From NCBI GenBank assembly GCA_002372275.1, contig DFFP01000003.1, positions 83,851-145,681 of the forward strand: a DNA stretch of 61,831 nt, read 5' to 3'. Position numbers and translations under genes: made by a program. Shown piece after piece: positions 40,111 through 51,406 of the stretch. Within the stretch, counting starts at the first letter, position 1. Each line of letters begins with the position of its first letter. The notes below the pieces were generated by a model, which worked only from the letters and a program-made list of their open reading frames with translations, was not told the DNA's origin and searched no databases. This DNA comes from Alphaproteobacteria bacterium UBA3773. GTDB taxonomy: Bacteria > Pseudomonadota > Alphaproteobacteria > RF32 > CAG-239.

Positions 40111-40197
40111 TCCGTGTACTTTTTTTTAATAATAATATTATATTTTTCCTCTTGATTTATAAGATTTATATCATATATAATAAAAAGGAGGAAAAAA

Positions 40198-40383
40198 ATG
40201 AATCAAGATTTAGAAAATTTATATCACAAAAAAGAATCCTTAAAAGAAAGGATCAGAATAGCCGAAATCGGAAACGACAGCTACGACTTATCATATCTGC
40301 GCCAAACTTATGAGACCGCGCTTTTTGAGCTTAATCAAAAAATCAAAAGACTTGAGCAAAATTCCCCTGAGCAAAAATTTTAA
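40198..40383 (+). CDS. Small coiled-coil hypothetical protein
   Basis: 61 aa, strong AGGAGG RBS. Confidence 0.6.
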   Translation: MNQDLENLYHKKESLKERIRIAEIGNDSYDLSYLRQTYETALFELNQKIKRLEQNSPEQKF

Positions 40384-40440
40384 CCTTGCACACAGTCCTT
40401 AAAAAGACTATAAAAAGTATCATCGCAGAGGTTAAAAAAA

Positions 40441-40839
40441 ATGAATCAATATGAGTCACTTGTCAAAGAATTTCACAAAGCCATGGAAATGGACATCAAC
40501 GCTCCTTACTCAAAAGACTTGCTTTTACTGCGTCAAAAGCTGATTAACGAAGAAGTCACCGAGTTTAATGCAGAAGTTGACACACTTATTCAAGAACTAT
40601 CAGACACCGGCCGAATTTTACCTGAAACGAAACTTAAAATGTTCAAAGAACTTGCGGATATCCAATATGTTTTAAGCGGTATGGCCGTCACGTTCGGTAT
40701 TCCGCTCGAAGAGATCTTTTATCGTGTTCATCAAAGCAACATGTCAAAGCTCGTAGACGGTAAGCCGCTCAAAAGAGAAGATGGCAAAGTCCTTAAAGGT
40801 CCGAACTATAAAAAACCGGATCTTTCCGATTTAGCTTAA
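40441..40839 (+). CDS. All-alpha NTP pyrophosphohydrolase (MazG/PRA-PH-like)
   Basis: VKEFH, LINEEVTE, KELADIQYV, VHQSNMSK, REDGKVLKGPNY. Confidence 0.88.
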   Translation: MNQYESLVKEFHKAMEMDINAPYSKDLLLLRQKLINEEVTEFNAEVDTLIQELSDTGRILPETKLKMFKELADIQYVLSGMAVTFGIPLEEIFYRVHQSNMSKLVDGKPLKREDGKVLKGPNYKKPDLSDLA

Positions 40840-40879
40840 AAAAAAGGCTTGGAACATTCTCATTCCAAGCCTTTTTTTT
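40838..40879. terminator. Bidirectional intrinsic terminator
   Basis: AAAAAAAGGCTTGGAA-N8-TTCCAAGCCTTTTTTT between convergent units. Confidence 0.85.
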
Positions 40880-41084
40880 ATCCTTTTTCTATACGATATA
40901 CATTGCAAGACCACCCACAATAATAAGTACATACCCGACCAAATATACATATAAGAGTATATCTGTCGCAAACTTAGCACCGAAAACCCATGTCTTCTTT
41001 TCCGGCTCATACAAACATCCTGCGAACAGTAAATTTGACAATATTTGTCAAGTATTATGAATTTATTTCAAAATTTCCTTTTGC

Positions 41085-41426
41085 CTATTTTCTTTTTTCG
41101 GCAACAGCCTGCCACATTTTTTCCAAATTGTAAAAGTCACGCACTTCCGGCACAAAAATATGCACAATCACATCAAACGCATCAATTAAGACCCAGTCTG
41201 CTTTTTCCATACCTTCAACAGTAGATTTATATCCGCTTTTTTTCAAGGTTTCGACAACTTTTTCTGCCATTGATGCCACATGCCTGTTCGATGTTCCTGA
41301 GGCCACAACCATTTGATCGGCAAGTGAAGTTTTTCCTTCCAAATTAATGGTCACAACGTTTTCTGCCTTATTGGCTTCTAATGTATCTTGAACAATTTTC
41401 AAAATCTGATCTGTTTCGTTTTTCAA
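41085..41426 (-). CDS. rsfS: Ribosome silencing factor RsfS
   Basis: KAENVVTINL, MVVASGTSNRHV, WVLIDAFDVIVHIF...RDFYNLEKMW; probable TTG start with AGGAGA. Confidence 0.93.
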   Translation of the reverse strand: MKNETDQILKIVQDTLEANKAENVVTINLEGKTSLADQMVVASGTSNRHVASMAEKVVETLKKSGYKSTVEGMEKADWVLIDAFDVIVHIFVPEVRDFYNLEKMWQAVAEKRK

Positions 41427-41446
41427 ATGCATTCTCCTGATAAACA

Positions 41447-42556
<1,110 letters not shown>

Positions 42557-42584
42557 TTATTTTATAGATATTAAGTAAAACAGA

Positions 42585-42836
42585 CTATTCTGTCACAACA
42601 GAAACGAACATTTTGTCGCCCTGCTCTCTGAATTCGACTTTACCTTCAGCAACAGCAAAAATCGTGTGATCTTTACCCATATCAACATTCGCACCCGGAT
42701 GATACTTTGTACCACGTTGACGAATAATGATATTTCCGGGGATAACAGCCTCACCGCCGAATTTTTTAACGCCTAATCTGCGTCCGATAGAATCGCGTCC
42801 GTTGTTTGAGCTACCGCCTGACTTCTTATGTGCCAT
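42585..42836 (-). CDS. rpmA: 50S ribosomal protein L27
   Basis: [16 protein letters not shown]...RLGVKK...IIIRQRGTK. Confidence 0.98.
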   Translation of the reverse strand: MAHKKSGGSSNNGRDSIGRRLGVKKFGGEAVIPGNIIIRQRGTKYHPGANVDMGKDHTIFAVAEGKVEFREQGDKMFVSVVTE

Positions 42837-42848
42837 AACTTCTCTCCC

Positions 42849-43166
42849 TTATGCTTCCTGTTTTTCTTTGGCACAGACGTCTGCAATTTTCACGATTGTG
42901 ATTTGCTGTCTGTGGCCGTTTTTACGGCGATAATTTTGTCTTCTTTTCTTTTTGAAAATAATGACCTTTGCGTCTTTAGCCTGTTTTAAAACAGTTGCTT
43001 TAACGCTGGCGCCTTTAACGAAAGGCTTACCGATTTTTTCATCTAAGGCCAAAACTTGGTCAAAAATAACTTCCGATCCTTCAGCTGCATTCAGTTTTTC
43101 AACTTTCACAACATCACCGGTTGTCACTTTATATTGTTTTCCGCCTGTTTGAATAACTGCGAACAT
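42849..43166 (-). CDS. rplU: 50S ribosomal protein L21
   Basis: [14 protein letters not shown]...[16 protein letters not shown]. Confidence 0.98.
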   Translation of the reverse strand: MFAVIQTGGKQYKVTTGDVVKVEKLNAAEGSEVIFDQVLALDEKIGKPFVKGASVKATVLKQAKDAKVIIFKKKRRQNYRRKNGHRQQITIVKIADVCAKEKQEA

Positions 43167-43251
43167 TTTTTTTCACCTAATTTAATTTAAATCAAAACGT
43201 GATACGCAATATACATAACTTTTCAAATCTGTCAAGCCCGAATTTTATTAT

Positions 43252-43746
43252 TTATGATTTTTTTTGACGCCTTTGAATACTGCGATAGATTTCGGGGCGC
43301 ATAAATTTTCCCCGCCAAATTCCTTTGCGTGCTTTTTTAGCTCTTTTTTCAAGCATCAGATAACGTTCGTCTTTATAGGAGGTTGCGTAACCTTCTTTAA
43401 CCATTTCAAGGTTCAAAATTTTATCGCCGATCATACAAACGCAAAGTTCGCGTTTATATCTGTCTGTTCCCTCAACAGCACATTTCAGCTTCAATCCTTT
43501 GTGCTCACCGTCCCAGATCATATTTTGCAAATACTCAAGTGCCTCTTTCCCGCAATCATACGAATCGCCGTTTTCGTCTTCACATGTTTGCGTATATTCG
43601 GGGGCATCGATTCCCACAAGCCGGATACGACGATTTGCTGTTTCCAGACTGTCCCCATCCACAACTTTCAGATTCGAATCGGCAAAAGTCGTATGCGCAA
43701 ATTCGATTAAAACAACGGCCAAAATTAAATAAACGAACTTTTTCAT
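43252..43746 (-). CDS. Secreted thermonuclease (SNase) family protein
   Basis: VVDGDSL, IRLVGIDAPE, DRYKR, NLEMVKEGYA, KGIW; signal peptide. Confidence 0.9.
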   Translation of the reverse strand: MKKFVYLILAVVLIEFAHTTFADSNLKVVDGDSLETANRRIRLVGIDAPEYTQTCEDENGDSYDCGKEALEYLQNMIWDGEHKGLKLKCAVEGTDRYKRELCVCMIGDKILNLEMVKEGYATSYKDERYLMLEKRAKKARKGIWRGKFMRPEIYRSIQRRQKKS

Positions 43747-43865
43747 AAAACAAACTATAACAAAACAGATTTTTTTCTTCAAGAATAATTTTATTTACGA
43801 TTCGTTCATATTATTGAGTGTATAAAAGAGTTAAATTGCAGATTAATTTATGTTAGGAACAGATC

Positions 43866-44912
43866 GTGACAAAACATACTATGAAAATATTTTCTTTTAT
43901 CGGAATGGTGCTATGCATAGGTTCTTGCACCTCTTCTAAAACGGTGACAAACACAATGCGTGCCGAAGAATGGCAACCGCAAATTGACCTTCCTGCCTCG
44001 GTTGTTGTATGCCGCGAAAAGCAGTGTGCGCCTGCTAAACTTTCGATGTCTAAAGAATATATTTATAATTCTTTGACTCATCTTTTAGAAAACAACAACG
44101 GTGAAAAAGCTCAAATTTGCCAAGCAGACCCGATGACCCATGTTTGCACCGAAGATTATTTAACGCTGCCCATCACGGTTGGGGTGACACCGGCGCATAT
44201 GTATATTCAAGATGTTGAAATCTCCGATGTTTCTCTTGCTCTTAACCGAAAATCGCTTGATTTACTCTTAAATTACGGCGTTTCATACAACGCTCAAGTT
44301 CCGACATGTAAACCTTCCAAATCTCTTATTTATGTGAAAAACACACAAAACATTATTTTAGAAGATTCGGGCTATACCTGCAAAATGACCACAATCGGCA
44401 ACACCACAATCAAAACTTTGTTTGCCATCGACTACATTGATCTTGATTACGGCTTTATCGGCGGTTACTATTCAATCGGCCTGTCAGGTCCGGCTTACGG
44501 AGGCAGATCGGGCTATATGCTCTTTAAATTACCGAACGATGCTTATCCGCTGTCTCCCGATCTGATTTTACCCGAAAAATCAATAACAAACGGCCAAAAC
44601 AATCAGACAAGCAATCCGAATAATCAAATGATTGCCACATGCAATACAAAAGATTGTCCGAGACCTGTTTTAGAACAATACACGGTTTTATGCGAAGAAA
44701 GTGATGATATTTGCCGTGCAAACGGCGTGTCAGGACCTGTGCCTGTGAAGAATATTTTCTCTCAAAAAGCTGTTAATTCTAAGAATCTTCCTGCCAAATC
44801 GAAAGACACAACCACAATGTCTGTTTATGAAAAGGGTGTTTCCAAAGATCCGGCAAAAGATAAATATAAAGGGGTTGAGATCTTCCCGATTTATCAAAAG
44901 AAGAAAAAATAG
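43866..44912 (+). CDS. Hypothetical Cys-rich lipoprotein
   Basis: Lipobox IGSC; paired Cys; followed by a terminator. Confidence 0.6.
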   Translation: MTKHTMKIFSFIGMVLCIGSCTSSKTVTNTMRAEEWQPQIDLPASVVVCREKQCAPAKLSMSKEYIYNSLTHLLENNNGEKAQICQADPMTHVCTEDYLTLPITVGVTPAHMYIQDVEISDVSLALNRKSLDLLLNYGVSYNAQVPTCKPSKSLIYVKNTQNIILEDSGYTCKMTTIGNTTIKTLFAIDYIDLDYGFIGGYYSIGLSGPAYGGRSGYMLFKLPNDAYPLSPDLILPEKSITNGQNNQTSNPNNQMIATCNTKDCPRPVLEQYTVLCEESDDICRANGVSGPVPVKNIFSQKAVNSKNLPAKSKDTTTMSVYEKGVSKDPAKDKYKGVEIFPIYQKKKK

Positions 44913-44921
44913 AAAAATGTT

Positions 44922-44952
44922 AAAAAAACCGCCTTCAAAAGCGGTTTTTTTT
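44922..44952. terminator. Bidirectional intrinsic terminator
   Basis: AAAAAAACCGC...GCGGTTTTTTT between convergent genes. Confidence 0.8.
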
Positions 44953-45478
44953 AATCTTCTTCAATGTTTGTCCCTAAAACATTCAATGCCACGTCATAAT
45001 CAAAACCGGCACGCACAAGCGCCCCTAAATCTTTTGGACGATACTCATTTCTTTTTTCATCATTTTCACGGTACGGACCGATTTTTTTCTTCAAACAAAA
45101 ATGAAGCGCGTTTTTTATAGGATCATAATTTTCCTTTTTGAGGATTTCTTTGATCTGATTTTCATCAATTCCTTTCATTTTGAGTTTATTTTCGATATAG
45201 CGCGCCGATTTTCCGGCGTTTAAGTAATCTCTGATCTTTAAATCAGCAAAACGCGCATTATCGAGGTACCCTGCCTTTTGAAATTCTTCCAAAATTTCTT
45301 CAATCCAGAGATAAGCCTCATCTTTATTAAAATCCGGATTTAAAAACCCGTATTTTTGCACGCGTCGCTTCAAAACATCTCTTAAGTTCTGCACAGACGA
45401 CTCGAATCGCCTTAAATAAAACAACCCGATATTTTTTAGCCTTGTTTTTGTGATTTTTTTTAAGCTCTTTTTTTCCAT
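44951..45478 (-). CDS. recX: Regulatory protein RecX
   Basis: YLRRFESS...LRDVLKRR, GYLDNARFA, GKSARYI...LKMKGI, LVRAGFDY. Confidence 0.88.
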   Translation of the reverse strand: MEKKSLKKITKTRLKNIGLFYLRRFESSVQNLRDVLKRRVQKYGFLNPDFNKDEAYLWIEEILEEFQKAGYLDNARFADLKIRDYLNAGKSARYIENKLKMKGIDENQIKEILKKENYDPIKNALHFCLKKKIGPYRENDEKRNEYRPKDLGALVRAGFDYDVALNVLGTNIEED

Positions 45479-45594
45479 CTTCAAGCCTCATTTTTTTGAT
45501 AAAATACACTATATTTTTTAATAAATTTTAAAAACTTGCAATATAAAATATTTTGTATTAAAAACATAAAAGTAAACTAAAAAAGGAATTTTTC

Positions 45595-46200
45595 ATGTTC
45601 AAATTCTGTCGCGCACTGATTGGTGCATCTTTATTGTTCTTAACCGCCTGTGCTTCGCAAAAAGAAGTTGCCGAACCCCGAAAATATATTGAACCGCGTT
45701 TTACAGACGAAAAGCCCATTGAACTTTTGGTCAATAAAGTTGATATCGAATCAGAATTTTCGCCGACATTTACAAAGCCATACGTTGAACACCTTTTCCC
45801 TGTTTCTTTAGAGCGTGCCGCACGCGTTTGGGCAACCGATCGCTTAAAGGCTGTTGATTATGGGGCAAGTCGCACAGCAAAATTTATCATCAAAGACGCC
45901 AGCGTGACCGAGCAAGTTGAAAAATCCCCCGATATCTTTCAAAAAGATCGCCTCAAATATCACGCGTCTTTGTCTGTGATTTTAAAGGTCATTGATCAAA
46001 ACGGAAGTATGGCACAAACCTCAATTGATGCTTGGCGCGAGCTCGGCATTCCGGCCGATACCTCGATTGATCAAAAAGAAAAATATTGGTTTGAAATGAT
46101 TGAACAGCTCATGACCGATTTTGACGCTAAAATCGAGCAAGATGCCCAGCAATATTTGAATATGTACATTAAAGACAGCAAATCTATTTTAGAATACTAA
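45595..46200 (+). CDS. Conserved hypothetical lipoprotein
   Basis: Lipobox LTAC; WATDRLKA...IKDASV. Confidence 0.65.
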   Translation: MFKFCRALIGASLLFLTACASQKEVAEPRKYIEPRFTDEKPIELLVNKVDIESEFSPTFTKPYVEHLFPVSLERAARVWATDRLKAVDYGASRTAKFIIKDASVTEQVEKSPDIFQKDRLKYHASLSVILKVIDQNGSMAQTSIDAWRELGIPADTSIDQKEKYWFEMIEQLMTDFDAKIEQDAQQYLNMYIKDSKSILEY

Positions 46201-46205
46201 CTCAA

Positions 46206-46850
46206 TCATTGAGGATTGATGCCGATTTGTTCCTCATTTGAGGTCACAAGTGTGTTCAAGTCATCTAAAAACCACTCAATTTCCTCTTCATCATCTTTCA
46301 TCATGCTTAAAAATCTGCTTTGCAAGGTTACAAGCATACTTGCTTCTGCAATTTGCAAATCATTAATCCAAAACCCGCCTGTCGGCTTAGGCTCCATTTG
46401 AAAAGACACCCGAACAGTTTGAAGAGTCTGCGTTTGCAGCTCAGGCGGCAAGGTTACCGAAACATCCGCCCGTATTGATTTATTATTTTGCACAATGCTC
46501 AAAATTTCAAATTGAATATCCTCAGGCTTAAATTCAAGCGGATATGACTTATACAAACTCTTAACATACCGATTAAACAAATCCTGATATTGTTCTTTTT
46601 GTTTTTGATCCATCATCCGATAATATCTGCCGAGTGCAAAGCGCGCCATATACTTAACATTGACATGTTTTTCAAAAATTTCATCAAGCGTCTCAAATTT
46701 TGCATCCACATCATCAGAGCCGATTGTTTCAATAATTTTTTGCCCTGTGGTATTTAAAAAATCGCGAACCTGATCCGTTTGCGTTTCGGCATGAACAGCA
46801 CCAACGCCAAATAAGGCAAAGAATATAAGTATTTTAAATAACTTTCTCAT
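46206..46850 (-). CDS. mlaC: MlaC/Ttg2D phospholipid-binding periplasmic protein
   Basis: Signal peptide, MARFALGRYY, QYQDLF..Y, INDLQIAEASM. Confidence 0.8.
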   Translation of the reverse strand: MRKLFKILIFFALFGVGAVHAETQTDQVRDFLNTTGQKIIETIGSDDVDAKFETLDEIFEKHVNVKYMARFALGRYYRMMDQKQKEQYQDLFNRYVKSLYKSYPLEFKPEDIQFEILSIVQNNKSIRADVSVTLPPELQTQTLQTVRVSFQMEPKPTGGFWINDLQIAEASMLVTLQSRFLSMMKDDEEEIEWFLDDLNTLVTSNEEQIGINPQ

Positions 46851-46926
46851 AACCTTTATTTTTAACATAACTTCCCTTTAAAATAAAGAAAAACTTCCCA
46901 TCAAAAGAGAAGTTTTTCAAGTTAAT

Positions 46927-47081
46927 GTACACAAACACATGAGCCTGCAAGCAGTCACTCTTTTTTAAAAAAAATAATGGAGAACGTGGTTAATACGCCG
47001 CAAGCCCTTGCGTGCCGTGTACAATAAAAGGTACACAAACGCAAGGGCTTGCAAGCAGTGACCCGTTATACATTATTTTTT
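46927..47081. repeat. Long hairpin element with GTGTAC/GTACAC apex plus a degenerate partial copy
   Basis: GCAAGCCCTTGCGT (47000-13)/ACGCAAGGGCTTGC (47039-52); 46927-46960 resembles 47031-47064. Confidence 0.7.
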
Positions 47082-48275
47082 CAACACTTCGACACCGGGG
47101 AGAGCCTTACCCTCCATCCATTCGAGAAAAGCACCGCCTGCCGTTGAAATATATGTAAAATCACTTGCAACACCGGCACTTTCAAGGGCTGAAACGGTAT
47201 CTCCACCGCCGGCAACTGTTGTCAATTTACCTGCTTTGGTGAGCTCGGCAGCCGCTTTTGCAACAGCATTTGTTGCTGCGTCAAAAGGTTTTAACTCGAA
47301 TGCACCCAAAGGCCCGTTCCAAACAAGTGTTTGACATTCTTTTAATTTGGCAACAATGTCTTCAACGGTTTTTGAGCCGACATCCAAAAGCGTTCCGCCT
47401 GAAGGAATATCCGAAAGTGCAACCGTTTTGTGTTCTGAATGAGCAGCAAATTCTTTTGCCCAAACCAAATCAACCGGCAATAAAATTTCGCACCCGGAAG
47501 ATTTTGCCGTTTCCAAAATTGTTTGAGCCGTATCAAGCATATCGAGCTGTACAAGCGAATTTTCTTCCGTAATGGCCATATTTCCCAAAGCTCTTAAAAA
47601 TGTATGTGCCATACCGCCCGAAATCACAAGTTTATCCACTTTTTTGACCAAGTTATTGAGCAAATCGAGCTTTGTCGAAACTTTTGATCCGCCGACAATA
47701 GCCATCAACGGACGCTTCGGGTTATTTAAACCCGTTGTCAAAGCATTGACTTCTTCACTCATCAAAAGCCCCATGGCAGAGGGCAGATTTTTCGCGGCAG
47801 CCACCATCGAAGCGTGCGCACGGTGTGCGGTTGAAAAAGCGTCAGAAACATAAGCATCAGCAACAGAAACAAGCTCTTTTGCAAAATCTTCGTTTCCTTT
47901 TTTCTCTTCATCATAAAAACGAAGATTTTCAAGAAGCAAAACTTCATCGTCTTTCATCGAATTTACGGCATCTTTAACTTTTTGCCCGATGCAATCATCT
48001 ACAAACACAACCTTAAAGCCGAGTGCTTTTTCAAGTTCGGGCGCAACGTGCTTAAGTGAATTTTTCAAATCGCCTTTTCCTTCCGGTCTTCCGAAGTGTG
48101 AAATCACAACAACCTTTGCCCCTTTTTTCATCAACAATTTAATTGTCGGAACGGTTCTGTCGATACGAGCCGTATTTGTCACATGAAAATTTTCATCCAT
48201 CGGCACATTCAAATCAGCCCGAAGCATTACGACTTTACCTTTTAAATCGCCTAAATCTTCAATTGTTTTATACAT
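47073..48275 (-). CDS. pgk: Phosphoglycerate kinase
   Basis: RADLNVP, SHFGRP, LLENLRF, GGSKVSTK, WNGPLG, STAGGAFLEWMEGK; start at MYKTIEDL. Confidence 0.97.
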   Translation of the reverse strand: MYKTIEDLGDLKGKVVMLRADLNVPMDENFHVTNTARIDRTVPTIKLLMKKGAKVVVISHFGRPEGKGDLKNSLKHVAPELEKALGFKVVFVDDCIGQKVKDAVNSMKDDEVLLLENLRFYDEEKKGNEDFAKELVSVADAYVSDAFSTAHRAHASMVAAAKNLPSAMGLLMSEEVNALTTGLNNPKRPLMAIVGGSKVSTKLDLLNNLVKKVDKLVISGGMAHTFLRALGNMAITEENSLVQLDMLDTAQTILETAKSSGCEILLPVDLVWAKEFAAHSEHKTVALSDIPSGGTLLDVGSKTVEDIVAKLKECQTLVWNGPLGAFELKPFDAATNAVAKAAAELTKAGKLTTVAGGGDTVSALESAGVASDFTYISTAGGAFLEWMEGKALPGVEVLKK

Positions 48276-48349
48276 TCTTTTTTTCCTTTTTATTTTAGAA
48301 AATTCCCCGCCATTTTGACGGGGAAATAATATTTTGTAAGTCAAATAAA

Positions 48350-49447
<1,098 letters not shown>

Positions 49448-49495
49448 CTATCATCAAACATATTTTTTTCAAGCAAAAAATGAACGAAATTTGCT

Positions 49496-49750
49496 GTCAT
49501 GCTGGAATCGAAGATGAGCGAGCTTGTCGAGCTCCATTTATTTCAGCATCTCTGTCACCCCTGAGCACGGCTTGCTGTGCGAGTTAGGGGTCTATAAAAA
49601 AACCGTCATCCTCTTTCCTGTCATGCCTGCTTTGCTTTTTTAAGCAAAGCGTAAGGCATCTCAAAAAAACGTCATCCAGAGGCCTTTAGGCCGAAGAATC
49701 CATTCCTTATAAAAAACAGTTGTCATTTAAGAGCGAAGCGAAGAATCCAG
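49496..49750. repeat. Array of about six GTCA-footed REP-like hairpins
   Basis: GTCATGCTGGAAT..., GTCACCCCTGAGC..., GTCATGCC...GGCATC, GTCATCC...GAATCC, GTCATTT..GAGCGAAGCGAAGAATCC. Confidence 0.75.
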
Positions 49751-49771
49751 GACAAAAAAGAATCCGCACCC

Positions 49772-50686
49772 TTACCGATACTTTAATGTAAACGTATTTT
49801 TATTATCTTTCACGAGCGCCGATGCTTCCTCAACGGTTAAAATCCTTTTGCCCTGCAAACCGATTAACTTCCCGCTCGCATCATAAATTGAAACAGAACC
49901 ATCATCCCCATACACACATTGTTCAATGATTTGACCTTCTGGACTATATTTTCCTAAATAATGTCCGTTTTTATCAAATAGTTTTATATTTCCTTTGCTG
50001 TCTATCTCAAATGTATCTCTCTTTTCTTTAATTTCTGAAATATTTTTTCTAAAACTATCATAATCTTTATAAATTGCTGATATGTTTCCTTGAGAATCAT
50101 AGACATAATACATATCCCCATTATTTTTATATCGAAAGATATTTGCCGAACTACCATAGTATGTATACCCATTTATCCCCAGTCCAAACGGAACAAAAAG
50201 TTCCTTAATATGATTATAATTTGAAGCTAGCCCGTATGAGCCAATACTTTTTACTGAATCAGGAATATAAAGAGTTTCTAGGGCTGTACAACTGTTAATT
50301 CCACCTCCCATTATCGCTGATACACTTGAATCTATATTCATTTCAGTCATACTTGTCAGTCCCGAAAAGGCACTTGATCCTATCGTTGAAACACCTTTCA
50401 CTTCAACCGATTTAATATTAGGAATTTCAGTTTCCCATGGTGCATTCGTTACTAAAATTTGGCCAATAACATTATAGCTATAATCTTTCATCGGACCGGA
50501 ACCATTTATAGAAAGTTTTCCGTCAAAATAAGTTGCAATACAATCTGCTGAATTATTTGAACATTTCCAACAGCTTGATCCTTTAGGTGCATCTGAAGGA
50601 CAATCAATCTCATCATAAGCAAAAGTTTTTATACAAAGTACCATCAAAAAAACGAATCCTAAAAAAATATTTTTAAAAATTTTCAT
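49772..50686 (-). CDS. Secreted BspA-like leucine-rich-repeat (LRR_5) protein
   Basis: Signal peptide, Cys cap, LSINGSGPMKDY...APW, VSTIGSSAFSG, LYIPDSVKSIG; ATG 50686 with AAGGAG. Confidence 0.8.
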   Translation of the reverse strand: MKIFKNIFLGFVFLMVLCIKTFAYDEIDCPSDAPKGSSCWKCSNNSADCIATYFDGKLSINGSGPMKDYSYNVIGQILVTNAPWETEIPNIKSVEVKGVSTIGSSAFSGLTSMTEMNIDSSVSAIMGGGINSCTALETLYIPDSVKSIGSYGLASNYNHIKELFVPFGLGINGYTYYGSSANIFRYKNNGDMYYVYDSQGNISAIYKDYDSFRKNISEIKEKRDTFEIDSKGNIKLFDKNGHYLGKYSPEGQIIEQCVYGDDGSVSIYDASGKLIGLQGKRILTVEEASALVKDNKNTFTLKYR

Positions 50687-50714
50687 GAGTTTTTTCTCCT
50701 TAAACTTTAAACCG

Positions 50715-50803
50715 TCATTGCGAGGAGAAAAGCTAAGTTTTCGACGTCGCAATCCATTTCTTATTTTTCCTTTCTGTCATTCTCGGGCTCGTCCCGAGAA
50801 TCC
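50715..50803. repeat. Two GTCA-footed REP-like hairpins
   Basis: GTCATTGCGAGGAG...CGACGTCGCAATCC and GTCATTCTCGGGCTCGTCCCGAGAATCC. Confidence 0.75.
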
Positions 50804-50807
50804 ACAT

Positions 50808-51055
50808 AAAAATTAAAACCGCCTTTGAAAAAAAGCGGTCGGAGAGTTGAACAATCATGTGTACTGAAATGACCTTATAGCTTTTAGATTTTAATCCTGT
50901 ACATGTGCTATAAGCTCCCCGAACCAAATGGATAATCGGGGATAATTGTGTTATAAAAAAATAACACTTTTGCAGTGTTATCCATCACTGCAGTACACAA
51001 GAGCTGCTCAAAGCTCCGCGCCTTACTCAAGGCACTTAATACCTTTCGGTATCAT
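50808..51055 (-). ncRNA. Candidate structured ncRNA or leader with a multi-way junction and kissing-loop pseudoknot
   Basis: Has its own promoter and terminator; nested helices whose mismatches are G-U on the minus strand; 8-bp loop-loop complementarity. Confidence 0.6.
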
Positions 51056-51061
51056 ATTTTG

Positions 51062-51090
51062 ATTATAAAATATAACATTTTAAAAATCAA
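51062..51090 (-). promoter_or_regulatory. Sigma70-type promoter
   Basis: TTGATT-N17-TATAAT on the minus strand. Confidence 0.7.
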
Positions 51091-51229
51091 TCAAAATCGG
51101 CTGATGTATTTATCATCAAAAATGTAACTGTTCTATGTCGGTAATGTAATTGCTGTGTGAGCTGATTTACATCTATCCGTTCACAGATAATTTAAATTTG
51201 AATTACAAAGAAAAAAGCAAAAAAAAATA

Positions 51230-51392
51230 AAGAGAGCCGTCTGACCGTTTATACTTCATTCTTATCGAACCGCTTCGTCAAGGTGGGCACCATGTAATCA
51301 GACCAGGATCTGAACAGAGACGGTTCCCTAAAAATAATGTGTTGGCTCGGATAGACTATGCGGATAAGACGTATCAGACAGCCCGTCTCTTT
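51230..51392 (-). ncRNA. ssrS: 6S RNA
   Basis: Immediately downstream of zapA; terminal pairing GCTGTCTGA/TCAGACGGC; alphaproteobacterial-like core TAGGGAACCGTCTCTG...ACATGGTGCCCACC. Confidence 0.85.
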
Positions 51393-51406
51393 ATGTTTTT
51401 ATCCTA

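Noticed and set aside
50733-50927. 64-aa ORF, and the N-terminal extension of the LRR ORF to 50752
   Set aside because: Both run through REP hairpins and a terminator; the RBS supports ATG 50686.
50965-50995. Fluoride riboswitch (GUGAUGG..CAC resemblance)
   Set aside because: It lacks the downstream GCU(A/G)AUGAC element and no crcB-like gene follows.
50808-51055. tmRNA, RNase P or SRP RNA
   Set aside because: No T-arm/CCA or ANDN tag frame, no GAGGAAAGUCC, and no SRP GGAA-loop motif.
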